From: an uncultured Actinomycetota bacterium
Lineage (GTDB): Bacteria > Actinomycetota > Actinomycetes > Propionibacteriales > Nocardioidaceae
Assembly (NCBI GenBank): GCA_963800715.1
Contig: CAWDBZ010000009.1
Coordinates: 3,911 to 67,910 of the forward strand
Length of the DNA: 64,000 nucleotides
Direction of reading: 5' to 3'
The position numbers were made by a program, and so were the translations under genes. Below are positions 20,273 through 31,637 of this stretch, piece after piece (position 1 is the stretch's first letter; every line of letters starts with the position of its first letter). The notes under the pieces are model-generated. The model made no database searches. It was not told the origin of the DNA and saw only the letters and a program-made list of their open reading frames with translations.

Positions 20273-20575
20273 GCCACCACGGAGCCCTTCCACATCGGCC
20301 TGCGGGGCCCCGTCGGGTGCCCGGCCGGGCGTCGGACTGAGACAAGGTTGAGCATCGCCGGCTCTTGCTGGACCTACGACTTGACGGGGCATAGGCGGCG
20401 AAAGGACGCAGCTGCCTGGACGCCCGGACCGCGGCTAGATCCGGGCGAGCGTAGCCGCCTCAGTGCGGCAGATCGACTCGGCCCGGACCTGCCGAGGCAG
20501 GAGTGCGAGGGCCTCGCCGAGGTGTGACGACGCTCCACGCCCACCCGAATTGCTGAGGCTCGGGCGAGATGGGGG

Positions 20576-20638
20576 TTGACGTGATGGCGCTCACACTGGC
20601 AGGCTCCGTCGAAGCGCTTCGAGTCGAAGCGCTTCGAC
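20576..20638 (+). promoter_or_regulatory. Promoter plus tandem LacI-type operators
   Basis: TTGACG-N18-CAGGCT followed by two perfect palindromes TCGAAGCGCTTCGA (20609-20622, 20624-20637). Confidence 0.75.
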
Positions 20639-20678
20639 AATCGGGTCGACGCTCCCGATCAGCCTCCTGGAGGACACG

Positions 20679-21983
20679 ATGCTCACCCCCAAGAAGAGGG
20701 TGGCCGCGATCGCCACCGCGTTCCTGTCCGCCCTCGCGCTCGGCGCCTGCGGCGATGACGGCCACGGATCGGCGGACGACAGCAACACCCTCACGCTGTG
20801 GCACTACGAAGGGCCCGACAGTGCGATGGGCAAGGCGTGGGACGCCGCCATCAAGGAGTTCGAGGCCACCCACAAGGGCGTCAAGGTGGAGTTCGAGGAG
20901 AAGGGCTTCGAGCAGATGCAGAAGACCGCACCGATGGTGCTCAACTCCGACGACGCGCCGGACCTGATGGAGTACAACAAGGGCAACGCCACCGCCGGGC
21001 TGCTGGCCAAGCAGGGCCTGCTCACCGACCTCAGTGACGAGGCCGCTGCGCGCGGCTGGGACGACCTGCTCAGCCCCAGCGTGCAGACCACCGCACGGTA
21101 CGACGAGAACGGGATCATGGGCTCCGGCGCGTGGTACGGCATCCCGAACTACGCCGAGTACGTGATGGTCTACTACAACAAGGATCTCTTCGCGGAGCAC
21201 GGCGTCGAGGTGCCGACGACCTACGACGGGCTCGTGGCGGCAATGGACACCTTCGCTGCCGATGGGGTGACGCCCCTGGCCATGGCCGGCGCCGAGTACC
21301 CCGCCCAGCAGCTGGTCTACCAGCTCGCGCTGAGCCAGGCCGACCGGTCGTGGGTGGACGCCTACCAGCTCTACGACGGTGACGTCGACTTCCAGGACGA
21401 CGCCTGGACCTACGGCGCGGAGACGTTCGCCGACTGGATCGACAAGGGCTACATCGACAAGGACGCCACCGGCGTCAAGGCCGAGGACATGGGGGTCAGC
21501 TTCATCTCCGGCGACTACCCGATCATGCTCTCCGGCAGCTGGTGGTACGGCAGGTTCCAGGAGGAGATCAAGGACTTCGACTGGGGCACCTTCCTGTTCC
21601 CGGGGAGCACGATGTCACTCGGCTCGAGCGGCAACCTGTGGGTCGTCCCCGAGAACTCCGACGCCAAGGAGCTCGCCTACGACTTCATCGACATCACCAT
21701 GTCGGAGAAGATCCAGAACATCCTCGGCAACAACGGTGGCATCCCGGTCGCCGCCGACCCGGCGGCGGTCACCGACGAGAAGAGCCGTGAGCTGATCTCG
21801 AACTTCCAGACCCTCTCCGACAACGACGGGCTGGCGTTCTACCCGGACTGGGCGTGGCCGGGTGGGTACGACGGCTGGGTGTCGGCCACCCAGAAGATCA
21901 TGACGGGTGACGCCACCCCGGAGGAGGCGCTCGACGAGATCGCCACGCAGTACCAGGACTACGCCGCCACCCTCCCGAAGTGA
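20679..21983 (+). CDS. Oligosaccharide ABC transporter substrate-binding lipoprotein
   Basis: Lipobox LGAC, APDL, YYNKDLF; GGAGG RBS. Confidence 0.92.
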   Translation: MLTPKKRVAAIATAFLSALALGACGDDGHGSADDSNTLTLWHYEGPDSAMGKAWDAAIKEFEATHKGVKVEFEEKGFEQMQKTAPMVLNSDDAPDLMEYNKGNATAGLLAKQGLLTDLSDEAAARGWDDLLSPSVQTTARYDENGIMGSGAWYGIPNYAEYVMVYYNKDLFAEHGVEVPTTYDGLVAAMDTFAADGVTPLAMAGAEYPAQQLVYQLALSQADRSWVDAYQLYDGDVDFQDDAWTYGAETFADWIDKGYIDKDATGVKAEDMGVSFISGDYPIMLSGSWWYGRFQEEIKDFDWGTFLFPGSTMSLGSSGNLWVVPENSDAKELAYDFIDITMSEKIQNILGNNGGIPVAADPAAVTDEKSRELISNFQTLSDNDGLAFYPDWAWPGGYDGWVSATQKIMTGDATPEEALDEIATQYQDYAATLPK

Positions 21984-22951
21984 CCACCGGGACGACCGCA
22001 CTGCCAGGGGCCGCGACCTCCGGGCCCCCCTCCCGGCGCCGAACCCGCTCGGCGCCGGGAGGTTCCCTCCGGGACTCCGCCGGCTACCTCGTCTACCTGA
22101 TCCCCGGCCTGGTGCTGTTCGCGCTGGTCATCGCGCTGCCGTTCGGGATGAACCTGTGGATCAGCCTGACGAACTGGCAGGGGATCGGCAGTCCTGAGTG
22201 GACCGGCCTGGACAACTACCGCCGGCTGCTGGACGACGAGACGTTCTGGGCGTCGTTCCGCCACAACGCCGCGCTGGTCGTGGCGATGGCCATCGTGCCC
22301 ACGGCGCTCGGGCTGCTCCTGGCGGCGGCACTGTTCGACTACATCGGCAAGAAGTTCGGCACCGGCACGGTCGCCGCTCTCCGGGCCTGCTTCTACCTCC
22401 CGCAGATCCTCCCGATCGCAGTCGCCGGGGTGGTCTGGGGCTGGATCCTGAACCCGACCAACGGAGCGCTGAATGCCTCGCTGGAGAAGGTCGGGCTCGG
22501 GTCGCTCACCCACGACTGGCTCGGCGACCCCAGCCTGGCCCTGTTCACCGTCATGGTGATCATGGTCTGGGTCCAGCTCGGCTTCCCGGTGGTGATCTTC
22601 ATGGCCGGTCTGCAGCGCGTGGACCCTGCCCTCTACCAGGCAGCCGAGATGGACGGCGCCTCCTGGATGCGGCGGTTCTGGCACATCACGCTGCCGCAGA
22701 TCAAGCCCGAGGTCTACGTCGTGCTGCTGTGGACCACGATCGCGGCGCTGAAGGTGTTCGGCCCGATCTACGTCCTGACCCGTGGCGGTCCCGGTGGGGC
22801 CACCAACGTCCCGGCGTACTACTCCTACCAGAACTTCTTCGAGCGCACCCAGGTCGGCTACGGCGCCGCCATCTCGACCGTGCTGACACTGCTGATCGTG
22901 GCCCTGACCGTCGTCTTCCTGCGCGTCCAGCCGGACGAGGAGGCATCATGA
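21980..22951 (+). CDS. Carbohydrate ABC permease (MalF-like)
   Basis: GLDNY, AAEMDGA loop, TRGGPG. Confidence 0.92.
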   Translation: MTTGTTALPGAATSGPPSRRRTRSAPGGSLRDSAGYLVYLIPGLVLFALVIALPFGMNLWISLTNWQGIGSPEWTGLDNYRRLLDDETFWASFRHNAALVVAMAIVPTALGLLLAAALFDYIGKKFGTGTVAALRACFYLPQILPIAVAGVVWGWILNPTNGALNASLEKVGLGSLTHDWLGDPSLALFTVMVIMVWVQLGFPVVIFMAGLQRVDPALYQAAEMDGASWMRRFWHITLPQIKPEVYVVLLWTTIAALKVFGPIYVLTRGGPGGATNVPAYYSYQNFFERTQVGYGAAISTVLTLLIVALTVVFLRVQPDEEAS

Positions 22952-23779
22952 CGCAGACGGTCCGGCTACCTCCGCTATCTCGTGCTCGCGGTGCTGACGA
23001 TGTTCGCGCTGCTGATGCTGGTGCCCTTCGTCATCGTCACGATGAACGCCCTGAAGTCCCCCGCCGAGTACGCCGGCGACGGCCCGCTGTCGCTGCCGGA
23101 CGGGTTCTACCTCCAAGGGATCATCGACTTCTGGAACCGCGTCGACTACGGACAGAAGCTGCTCAACAGCCTCTTGATCAGTGGGTCGGTGGCGGTGCTC
23201 GCGGTGATCGTGTCGACCCTGAACGCCTACGCGCTCGGCATCGGCCGGGTGAAGGGCCGGATGTGGCTGCTGGTCGTGTTCCTGCTGGCCAACACCCTTC
23301 CGCACGAGGCGCTGGTCTACCCGCTGTACTACCTCTCCAAGGAGGTCGGCCTCTACGACACCAGGCTCGCGGTGGTGCTCATCTTCGTGGTCATCCAGAC
23401 GGCGTTCGGCACCTACCTCCTCTCCGCGGTGCTGTCGAGCTTCCCGCGCGAGGTCCTCGAGGCGGCGCGGATGGACGGCGCCGGCCGCTGGCAGGTGCTG
23501 TGGCGGGTGGTGGTGCCGATGAGCCGCCCGACCATGGCGGTGCTGTTGGTCTTCTTCTTCATCTGGACCTGGAACGAGTTCTTCCTGCCGCTGATCTTCC
23601 TGATCTCCAACGACAACCAGACCGTGCCGGTCGCCCTGGGCGTGCTGCAGGGGCAACGGCTCATGGACGCCACCATGTCCAGTTCCTCCGCGTTGCTGGG
23701 CATCCTCCCGGCGATCTTGTTCTTCCTGGTCTTCCAGCGCACCCTCACCCGGGGCGTGACCGCCGGAGCCATCAAATGA
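22948..23779 (+). CDS. Carbohydrate ABC permease (MalG-like); probable frameshift just after ATG 22948, in-frame from GTG 22982
   Basis: EAARMDGA, WNEFFLPL, FQR motifs; ATGA coupling with upstream gene. Confidence 0.88.
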
Positions 23780-23816
23780 CCGACTTCTGTTCCCGACCGG
23801 ACCGAGAGCGAGCACG

Positions 23817-26144
23817 ATGAAGTTCACCGACGGCCAGTGGCTGCTCCGCGAGGGCGTCACAGCGGCGTACCCCTCCGCCGCCCACGAGGTCGACGTCACC
23901 GACCAGGGGCTGCGGGTGCTGGCGCCGACCTTCCCGGTGCGCGACCGCGGCGACCTGCTGAAGGGACCCGTCCTCACGGTGGACCTCAGGTCGCCGATGA
24001 CCGACGTGATCAGCGTGACGCTCACACACTTCGCCGGCGAACAGCCCCGCCGGCCGGAGTTCGACCTCGCCACCGACGAGCCCGAGATCGACGTGCGGGT
24101 CGATGACGAGGTGGCCACGCTCACCAGCGGTCGGCTGTGCGCACGCGTGCATCGCGGCCCGGACTGGCGGGTGGAGCTCGTCGGCGACGGGCGCCTGCTC
24201 ACCGCCAGCGGCGCGAAGGACATGGCGCTGATGACGACCGCCGACGGGGTGCAGCACGTGCGCGAGCAGCTCGAGCTCGGGATCGGCGACACCGTCTACG
24301 GCCTCGGGGAGCGGTTCGGCCCACTGGCTCGCAACGGCCAGACCGTCGACATCTGGAACGCCGACGGCGGCACGAGCAGCGACCAGGCCTACAAGAACGT
24401 CCCGTTCTTCCTCACCAACGCCGGCTACGGCATCTTCGTCGACACCCCTGGCAAGGTCTCCTTCGAGATCGGCTCGGAGCTGGTCTCCAAGGTGCAGTTC
24501 AGCGTGCAGGGCCAGACGATGCGCTACCTGGTCATCTACGGCCCGACGCCCAAGGAGATCCTGCGCAAGTACACCGCGCTGACCGGCCGCCCCCCGCTCC
24601 CGCCGGCCTGGTCGTTCGGGCTGTGGCTGTCCACGTCGTTCACGACGTCCTACGACGAGGAGACGGTCTCGTCGTTCATCGACGGCATGGTCGAGCGCGA
24701 CATCTCGCTGTCGGTCTTCCACTTCGACTGCTTCTGGATGCGGGAGCTGCACTGGTGCGACTTCGAGTGGGACCCGCGGGTCTTCCCCGACCCGCCGGGC
24801 ATGCTGCGCCGGCTGAAGGACCGCGGGCTGCGCATCTGCCTCTGGATCAACCCCTACATCTCCCAGCACTCGAAGCTGTTCGAGGAGGGCATGGCCGGCG
24901 GCTACCTGGTGCTCAGGCCGGACGGCAGCGTGTGGCAGTGGGACCTGTGGCAGCCCGGGATGGGGCTGGTGGACTTCACCAACCCCGAGGCCCGCGAGTG
25001 GTTCACCGGCAAGCTCGACACCCTGCTCGACATGGGGGTCGACTGCTTCAAGACCGACTTCGGCGAGCGGATCCCCACCGACGTGGCGTGGTACGACGGC
25101 TCGGACCCCGAGCGGATGCACAACCACTACACCTATCTCTACAACCAGACGGTCTTCGAGCTGCTCACCAAGCGCCGCGGCCCCGGCGAGGCGGTGGTCT
25201 TCGCCCGGTCCGCGACCGCCGGATCGCAGCAGTTCCCGGTGCACTGGAGCGGGGACTGCGAGTCGACGTTCCCCGCGATGGCCGGCGACCTGCGCGGCGG
25301 GCTGTCTCTGGGCATGTCCGGCTTCGGGTTCTGGAGCCACGACATCGGCGGTTTCGAGGGCACTCCCGACTCGGCGCTCTTCAAGCGGTGGCTCGCCTTC
25401 GGGCTTCTCTCCTCCCACAGCCGTCTGCACGGCAACTCGTCCTATCGGGTGCCGTGGGAGTTCGACGAGGAGGCCGTCGACGTCACCCGGAAGTTCACCC
25501 GCCTGAAGGCTCGCCTGATGCCCTACCTCTTCCAGGCAGCCCGGCAGGCTGCCGACGAGGGCGTCCCCGTGATGCGGGCAATGGTCCTGGAGTTCCCCGA
25601 CGATCCGGCGTGCACCACGCTCGAGCGGCAGTACATGCTCGGCGACGACCTGCTGGTGGCGCCCGTGCTGCGCGCCGACGGCCGGGTGGACTACTACGTG
25701 CCCGAGGGGGAGTGGACCTCGCTGCTCAGCGGGGCCACCGTGACCGGGCCGCGGTGGTTCTCCGAGGAGCACGGGGTTGACAGCCTCCCGCTGCTGGCGC
25801 GCCCCGGCTCGGTCCTCGCGCTCGGTGCCGTCGACGAGCGACCGGACTACGAGTACGCCGACGGAGTCACCCTCCGCGCCCATCGGCTGCCCGACGGCGC
25901 GGACGTGACGACGATCGTCCCGGACCTGTCCGGGGCAACAGCAGCGACCTTCCGGACGACCCGGAGCGGCGACGCCGTGACGGTGGCGACCGACGCCCCG
26001 GGCGACTGGCAGCTCCTGCTGGTCGGCGAGAGCGACGTCGAGGCCGACGGCGGAGAGGCCGCACACCACGAGCACGGCGTGCTGGTGCGCGCGACCGGCG
26101 GCACGCTGCGGGTCAGGCTTGCTCCGCGGGCAGCGGCCACATGA
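23817..26144 (+). CDS. yicI: Alpha-xylosidase (GH31)
   Basis: [40 protein letters not shown]. Confidence 0.93.
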   Translation: MKFTDGQWLLREGVTAAYPSAAHEVDVTDQGLRVLAPTFPVRDRGDLLKGPVLTVDLRSPMTDVISVTLTHFAGEQPRRPEFDLATDEPEIDVRVDDEVATLTSGRLCARVHRGPDWRVELVGDGRLLTASGAKDMALMTTADGVQHVREQLELGIGDTVYGLGERFGPLARNGQTVDIWNADGGTSSDQAYKNVPFFLTNAGYGIFVDTPGKVSFEIGSELVSKVQFSVQGQTMRYLVIYGPTPKEILRKYTALTGRPPLPPAWSFGLWLSTSFTTSYDEETVSSFIDGMVERDISLSVFHFDCFWMRELHWCDFEWDPRVFPDPPGMLRRLKDRGLRICLWINPYISQHSKLFEEGMAGGYLVLRPDGSVWQWDLWQPGMGLVDFTNPEAREWFTGKLDTLLDMGVDCFKTDFGERIPTDVAWYDGSDPERMHNHYTYLYNQTVFELLTKRRGPGEAVVFARSATAGSQQFPVHWSGDCESTFPAMAGDLRGGLSLGMSGFGFWSHDIGGFEGTPDSALFKRWLAFGLLSSHSRLHGNSSYRVPWEFDEEAVDVTRKFTRLKARLMPYLFQAARQAADEGVPVMRAMVLEFPDDPACTTLERQYMLGDDLLVAPVLRADGRVDYYVPEGEWTSLLSGATVTGPRWFSEEHGVDSLPLLARPGSVLALGAVDERPDYEYADGVTLRAHRLPDGADVTTIVPDLSGATAATFRTTRSGDAVTVATDAPGDWQLLLVGESDVEADGGEAAHHEHGVLVRATGGTLRVRLAPRAAAT

Positions 26145-27520
26145 GGCCCGGCTTCCTGTGGGGTGCGGCCACCGCGGCCTACCAGATCGAGGGCGCTGCG
26201 ACCGAGGGCGGCCGGAGCCCGTCGATCTGGGACACCTTCAGCCACACCCCGGGCCGGGTCCGGGACGGCGACACCGGCGACGTCGCCACCGACCACTACC
26301 ACCGGTGGCGCGAGGACGTGGCCACCATCAGCGAGCTGGGCCTGGACGCCTACCGGTTCTCGGTGTCCTGGCCCCGTGTGCAACCGGGCGGGCAGGGCCC
26401 GCTCAACCCCGAGGGCGTGGCGTTTTACGACCGTCTGGTGGACGCTCTCCTGGAGCGCGGCGTCGCTCCGGTGCTCACGCTCTATCACTGGGACCTGCCG
26501 CAGGAGCTCGAGGACGCCGGTGGCTGGCCGGTGCGCAGCACCGCCGAGCGGTTCGCTCTCTACGCCGCGTCGCTGGGCGAGGTGCTGGGAGACCGGGTGC
26601 ACACGTGGACCACGCTCAACGAGCCCTGGGTCTCGGCGTTCATCGGCTACGCCGAGGGGCGGCACGCACCCGGACGCACCGAGCCCGCTGCCGCGCTGGC
26701 CGCCGCCCATCACCTCAACCTCGCGCACGGCCTGGCGGGCCAGGCGCTCCGCTCGCTGGTGGCCGACACCGCCCAGCTGTCGGTGACCCTGAACCTCCAC
26801 GTCGTGCGGGGGGCGGGAGAGGGCGAGTCCGAGGCGGTGCGCAGGCTGGACGCCCTCGGCAACCGGATCTTCCTGGGCCCGATGCTCGGTGACGGCTATC
26901 CCGACGACCTCAGGGAGGACACCTCGGCGATCACCGACTGGTCGTTCGTCCTCGACGGTGACGAGCAGACGATCGGGGTGCCGCTCGACGTGCTGGGCGT
27001 CAACTACTACACCTACATGCTGGCCCGCAGCCGGACCGGTGAGCCGGCAGCGGAGACCGCCTCGCCGTGGCTCGGCTGCGCGGATCTGGAGCTGCTCCCC
27101 ACCCCGCCGCCGCAGACCGAGATGGGCTGGACCGTCGACCCCACGGGGCTGGAGGAGCTGCTCGGCCGGCTGCATGCCGACCATCCGGGACTGCCGCTGA
27201 TGATCACCGAGAACGGTGCGGCGTACGCCGACACCGTCGACGCCGACGGACGGGTCCGCGACGCCGACCGGATCGCCTACCTCGACGGCCACATCGACGC
27301 CGTATACCGTGCGATCGCCGCCGGTGTCGACGTGCGGGGCTACTTCGTGTGGTCGCTGCTGGACAACTTCGAGTGGGCGCACGGCTACTCCAAGCGGTTC
27401 GGGATCGTGCATGTCGACTACGACACCGGCCGGCGCACCTGGAAGGACAGCGCGACCTGGTATCGCGACCTGGTCCGCCACAGCAGGGGAGACGGAGCAG
27501 CTCATGGTCAAGATCTCTGA
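26141..27520 (+). CDS. Beta-glucosidase (GH1)
   Basis: [29 protein letters not shown]. Confidence 0.95.
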   Translation: MRPGFLWGAATAAYQIEGAATEGGRSPSIWDTFSHTPGRVRDGDTGDVATDHYHRWREDVATISELGLDAYRFSVSWPRVQPGGQGPLNPEGVAFYDRLVDALLERGVAPVLTLYHWDLPQELEDAGGWPVRSTAERFALYAASLGEVLGDRVHTWTTLNEPWVSAFIGYAEGRHAPGRTEPAAALAAAHHLNLAHGLAGQALRSLVADTAQLSVTLNLHVVRGAGEGESEAVRRLDALGNRIFLGPMLGDGYPDDLREDTSAITDWSFVLDGDEQTIGVPLDVLGVNYYTYMLARSRTGEPAAETASPWLGCADLELLPTPPPQTEMGWTVDPTGLEELLGRLHADHPGLPLMITENGAAYADTVDADGRVRDADRIAYLDGHIDAVYRAIAAGVDVRGYFVWSLLDNFEWAHGYSKRFGIVHVDYDTGRRTWKDSATWYRDLVRHSRGDGAAHGQDL

Positions 27521-28514
27521 CGTCGCCCGCCACGCCGGTGTGTCGCCCAGCACGGTCTCCTACGTGCTGAGCGGGAAGCGGTCGATCTCACCGGAGACCA
27601 AGGAGCGGGTCTGGGAGGCCATCGAGAGCCTCGGCTACCGGGCGCACGCGGGAGCGCGCGCGCTGGCCAGCGCCCGCTCCAACGTGCTCGCTCTGGTGCT
27701 GCCGTTGCGCAGCGGCATTCACCTGCCCGTGGTGATGCAGTTCGCCATCTCGGTGGTCACCTCCGCCCGCGCGCACGACCACGACGTGCTGCTGCTGACC
27801 CAGCAGGAGGGCGAGGAGGGGATCAGGCGGGTGGCCGCCAGCTCGCTGGTGGACGGCGTCCTGGTCATGGACGTCCAGATGCATGACGAGCGGCTCGCCG
27901 CCCTGCGGTCCCTGGACCGGCCCGCGGTGCTGATCGGGGTCCCGGAGGACACCACCGGCCTCACGTGCGTCGACCTGGACTTCACCGCCGCGGGCGCCGC
28001 CTGTGTGGACCACCTGGCGGATCTCGGCCACCGCCGGGTCGCGCTGATCGGATCACCGCCGGAGGTCTACGCGCGCGAGACGGGCTTCGCCGAGCGGGTC
28101 GAGCACGGTTTCAACGAGGCGGCACGGCGACAGGGGATGGCGTCGAGCGCGCATCCCTGCGCTCCGACCGCCGAGGCGGTCGAGGAGCTCCTCGACGCGC
28201 TGCTGCGTGACCATCCCGACCTCACGTCGCTGGTGGTGCACAACGAGCCGCTGGTCGAACCGGCGATCGGCGCCCTGCGGCGGTCGGGTCGGGCGGTCCC
28301 GGAGCAGGTCTCCGTGGTGGCCATCTGCCCCGACGAGGTGGCCGAGCGGGCCCCGCTTCCAGTCACCTCGGTGCAGATCCCGTCGGAGGAGCTCGGCCAC
28401 CGTGCCGTGGAGCTGCTCATGACGCTCCTCGATGACGAGACCGTCCCCGAGACGACGTTGCTCACCCCCGAGCTGACCATCCGCACCAGCACCGCCCCGC
28501 CGCCCAGACCCTGA
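27504..28514 (+). CDS. LacI family transcriptional regulator
   Basis: [24 protein letters not shown]; sugar-binding domain. Confidence 0.93.
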   Translation: MVKISDVARHAGVSPSTVSYVLSGKRSISPETKERVWEAIESLGYRAHAGARALASARSNVLALVLPLRSGIHLPVVMQFAISVVTSARAHDHDVLLLTQQEGEEGIRRVAASSLVDGVLVMDVQMHDERLAALRSLDRPAVLIGVPEDTTGLTCVDLDFTAAGAACVDHLADLGHRRVALIGSPPEVYARETGFAERVEHGFNEAARRQGMASSAHPCAPTAEAVEELLDALLRDHPDLTSLVVHNEPLVEPAIGALRRSGRAVPEQVSVVAICPDEVAERAPLPVTSVQIPSEELGHRAVELLMTLLDDETVPETTLLTPELTIRTSTAPPPRP

Positions 28515-28594
28515 GGAGCCGCAACCCCCCACCCGCCCTGCTTTCAACTCTCGGATCTCGCGTCCGTCAGGACGCCTCGTTGAAGGAGCATCAG

Positions 28595-31500
28595 ATGACC
28601 GCCGCCGTTACGCCACGCCGGCTCCGTCACCCCTCACGGGTGATGGTCCTCCAGGCCCTGCTCGTCGCCTCCCTGCTCGCCGCGACCGGCCTCGCCCAGC
28701 CCTCCGTCGCCCGACCCTCCGTCACCCAGTCCTCGGCCCAGAACAGTGCCGAGTCCTATCCGTTCCGCGACCCGAGCCTGCCCGTCGACGCACGGGTGGA
28801 CGACCTGCTCAGCCGGCTGACGCTGGAGGAGAAGATCGCCATGCTGCACCAGTACCAGCCGGCCATCCCGCGGCTGGGGATCGCGTCGTTCAAGACCGGC
28901 ACCGAGGCCCTGCACGGGGTCGCCTGGACGACCGACCCCCACAACGCGGGTGCCGTGGTGACGGCAAAGGGGACGGTGTTCCCGCAGGCGATCGGGCTGG
29001 GCAGCACCTGGGACGCCGACCTGATGGAGCGGGTCGGCACCGCGGTGGGGCAGGAGGCTCGCGGCTACCACGCGCAGGATCCCGACGCATGGGGGCTCAA
29101 CGTCTGGGCGCCCGTGGTCGACCCGCTGCGCGACCCCCGCGCCGGTCGCAACGAGGAGGGCTACTCCGAGGACGCGTTCCTGACCGGGAAGATGGCCACC
29201 GGCTACGCGGGCGGCATGCGCGGTGACGACCCGACCTACGTGATGACCGCCCCCACGCTCAAGCACTACGTCGGCTACAACAACGAGGTCCACCGCGACA
29301 CCACCTCCGCGGACCTGCGCCCGCGGCTGCGGCACGAGTACTACGACGTGCCGTTCCGGATGCCGATCGAGGCTAACGCCGCGACCGGCGTGATGACGTC
29401 GTACAACCTGGTCAACGGCCGGCCGGCGACCGTCAACCCCGACGTGGGGGAGCGCGTCCGCGGCTGGACCGACGAAACCCTGCTCAACGTGACCGACGCG
29501 TTCGGCCCCAACAACGTGGCCGGTTCCCAGGACTACTACGACACGCTCGCGGAGGCCGACGCCGCGGCCCTGAAGGCAGGGGTGGACAGCTTCACCACCG
29601 ACAACAACGACGGTGGACCCACCGTGCATGCCGTGCGCAGCGCGCTCCAGCAGGGGCTGCTCACCGAGGCCGACGTCGACCGGGCCGTCCGGCACGCGCT
29701 GACCATCCGGGTCCGCCTCGGCGAGTTCGACCCCGACGGCGGCCCGTACGGCGGCATCGGTGCCGACGCCGTCGGCACCGCCGACCACCGAGCGCTGGCC
29801 CGCGAGGCCGCCGGCGAGGCGATGGTGCTGCTCGAGAACGACGGCACCCTGCCGCTGGACTCCGTCGCCGACCGCACCGTCGCCGTGGTCGGCCCGCTCG
29901 CCGACACGCTGTACACCGACTGGTACTCCGGCGGGCTGCCCTACGAGGTGACCCCGGCCGACGGCGTCCGCGAGCACCTCGGCGACGGCGCCACCGTCCG
30001 GGTCAGCGAGGGTGTGGACCGGATCGCGCTGCGCGAGGTCGGCACCGGGAAGTACGTCACCGGCGGGACCGGCCCGGACGGTGCCGTCCTCGCCGTGAAC
30101 GGCACCAGTGCCGCAGAGGACGCGCAGTTCGACGTCTTCGAGTGGGGCGAGGGCGTGGTCACGCTCCGCAGCGCCGCCAACGACAAGTACGTCGGCTTCT
30201 CAGGTGGCCCGTTCCGCAACGACCAGGCGCAGCCCAACGGCTGGTTCGTGCAGCAGCAGTTCAAGCTCGAGGAGCAGCCCGACGGCACCTTTGTGGTCCG
30301 CTATGTCGGCTACGAGAAGGCGTACGACTGGTCCGGTCCGAACCACTACCTCACGGTCGCCGCGGACGGCACGCTCGCGCTGGGCGCTGTCTCGTCCGAC
30401 CAGGCGGCGCGCTTCGAGAAGGAGGTGGTCCGCGACGGCCTCGCCGAGGCGCAGCAGGCCGCCGAGGGCGCCGACGCGGTGGTCGTCGTCGTGGGCAGCA
30501 TGCCGTTCATCAACGGCCGCGAGGACCACGACCGGACCAGCCTGGACCTCGCGCAGGCTCAGCGCCGCCTCGTCGAAGGAGTGGCCGTCGCGAACCCGCG
30601 GACGGTGATGGTGCTCGAGAACAGCTACCCGACCACCCTCGGATGGGCGCGTGACGCGGTGCCTGCCGTGCTGTGGACCTCGCACGCCGGGCAGGAGACT
30701 GGCAACGCGCTGGCGGACGTGCTCTTCGGCGACCGCAACCCGGCTGGGCGGCTCACCCAGACCTGGTATTCCTCCGCCAGCGACCTGCCCGACATCACCG
30801 ACTACGACATCCTTCGCAACGGCACGACCTACCAGTACTACGACGGTGACCCGCTGTATGCCTTCGGGCACGGGCTGTCGTACACAGCGTTCGACTACTC
30901 CGGGATCCGGCTGTCCTCGAAGCAGTTGAAGGGCCGGCCCGTGACGGTCTTGGTCGACGTCACCAACACCGGCGACCGGGCCGGCGACGAGGTGGTGCAG
31001 CTCTACACGCACCAGCGCACTTCCCGCGACCCGCAGCCGCTCCGGTCCCTGCGCGGCTTCGAGCGGGTCTCGCTCGAGCCGGGCCAGACCCGGACCGTGC
31101 GGTTCGTGCTGCGACCGGCCGATCTGGCGCACTGGGACGTGACGCGCGGCCGCTGGGTCGTCGAGTCGAGCGTCGAGGACCTGATGGTGGGTGCCGCGTC
31201 CGACGACATCCGGGCTCGCGCCACGCTCCGGGTGGAAGGCGAGACGATCCCGCCGCGCAAGCTGCGCGAGATGGTGCGGGCGGTCGACTTCGACGACTAC
31301 GCCGGTGTCCGGCTGGTCGACGAGACCAAGCCCGGCGGTGACGCGGTCGGGCTGGACGCCGGTGACTGGCTGGTGTACCGCGACGCGGTTCTCGGAGGTG
31401 GCAAGCGAACGTTCACGGCCCAGGTGGCGCGTGCGGCTGCCGGTGGCACCACGCTGCAGGTCCGCCTCGACGACCCGGTGACGGGTCCGCTGCTCGGGAC

Positions 31501-31636
31501 CGTGCAGGTGCCCAGCACCGGCGGACTGTATTCCTACAACACCGTCCGCGCCTCGGTCGCCGGTGCTGCCGGTCGCCACGACGTCTACCTGGTGCCCACC
31601 GGAGACCTGCGGATCAGCCGCTTCTCGGTCCGATGA
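28595..31636 (+). CDS. Secreted GH3 glycosidase with inserted beta-trefoil-like segment, Fn3-like domain and C-terminal CBM6
   Basis: EALHG, FPQAIGL, GRNEEGYSED, LKHY, MTSYN, PAGRL, FGHGLSY, LRGFERV; C-terminal VRLDDP.TGP.LG...GRHDVYL. Confidence 0.88.
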   Translation: MTAAVTPRRLRHPSRVMVLQALLVASLLAATGLAQPSVARPSVTQSSAQNSAESYPFRDPSLPVDARVDDLLSRLTLEEKIAMLHQYQPAIPRLGIASFKTGTEALHGVAWTTDPHNAGAVVTAKGTVFPQAIGLGSTWDADLMERVGTAVGQEARGYHAQDPDAWGLNVWAPVVDPLRDPRAGRNEEGYSEDAFLTGKMATGYAGGMRGDDPTYVMTAPTLKHYVGYNNEVHRDTTSADLRPRLRHEYYDVPFRMPIEANAATGVMTSYNLVNGRPATVNPDVGERVRGWTDETLLNVTDAFGPNNVAGSQDYYDTLAEADAAALKAGVDSFTTDNNDGGPTVHAVRSALQQGLLTEADVDRAVRHALTIRVRLGEFDPDGGPYGGIGADAVGTADHRALAREAAGEAMVLLENDGTLPLDSVADRTVAVVGPLADTLYTDWYSGGLPYEVTPADGVREHLGDGATVRVSEGVDRIALREVGTGKYVTGGTGPDGAVLAVNGTSAAEDAQFDVFEWGEGVVTLRSAANDKYVGFSGGPFRNDQAQPNGWFVQQQFKLEEQPDGTFVVRYVGYEKAYDWSGPNHYLTVAADGTLALGAVSSDQAARFEKEVVRDGLAEAQQAAEGADAVVVVVGSMPFINGREDHDRTSLDLAQAQRRLVEGVAVANPRTVMVLENSYPTTLGWARDAVPAVLWTSHAGQETGNALADVLFGDRNPAGRLTQTWYSSASDLPDITDYDILRNGTTYQYYDGDPLYAFGHGLSYTAFDYSGIRLSSKQLKGRPVTVLVDVTNTGDRAGDEVVQLYTHQRTSRDPQPLRSLRGFERVSLEPGQTRTVRFVLRPADLAHWDVTRGRWVVESSVEDLMVGAASDDIRARATLRVEGETIPPRKLREMVRAVDFDDYAGVRLVDETKPGGDAVGLDAGDWLVYRDAVLGGGKRTFTAQVARAAAGGTTLQVRLDDPVTGPLLGTVQVPSTGGLYSYNTVRASVAGAAGRHDVYLVPTGDLRISRFSVR

Positions 31637-31637
31637 C

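Larger units (their letters stand above)
7661..20467 (+). repeat. Dispersed intergenic motif (TCGY)GGCG-N4-GACGC, six copies, most opening a hairpin
   Basis: Copies at 7661, 8628, 13096, 14689, 15236, 20393, all + strand and between genes. Confidence 0.55.

Noticed and set aside
7661-20467. Dispersed motif as CRISPR or classical integron attC
   Set aside because: Irregular kb-scale spacing, no RYYYAAC/GTTRRRY ends and no intI in the window
20608-20638. Palindromic repeat pair as a mini-CRISPR
   Set aside because: Two 14-bp units, 1-nt gap, no spacers or cas genes; fits an operator
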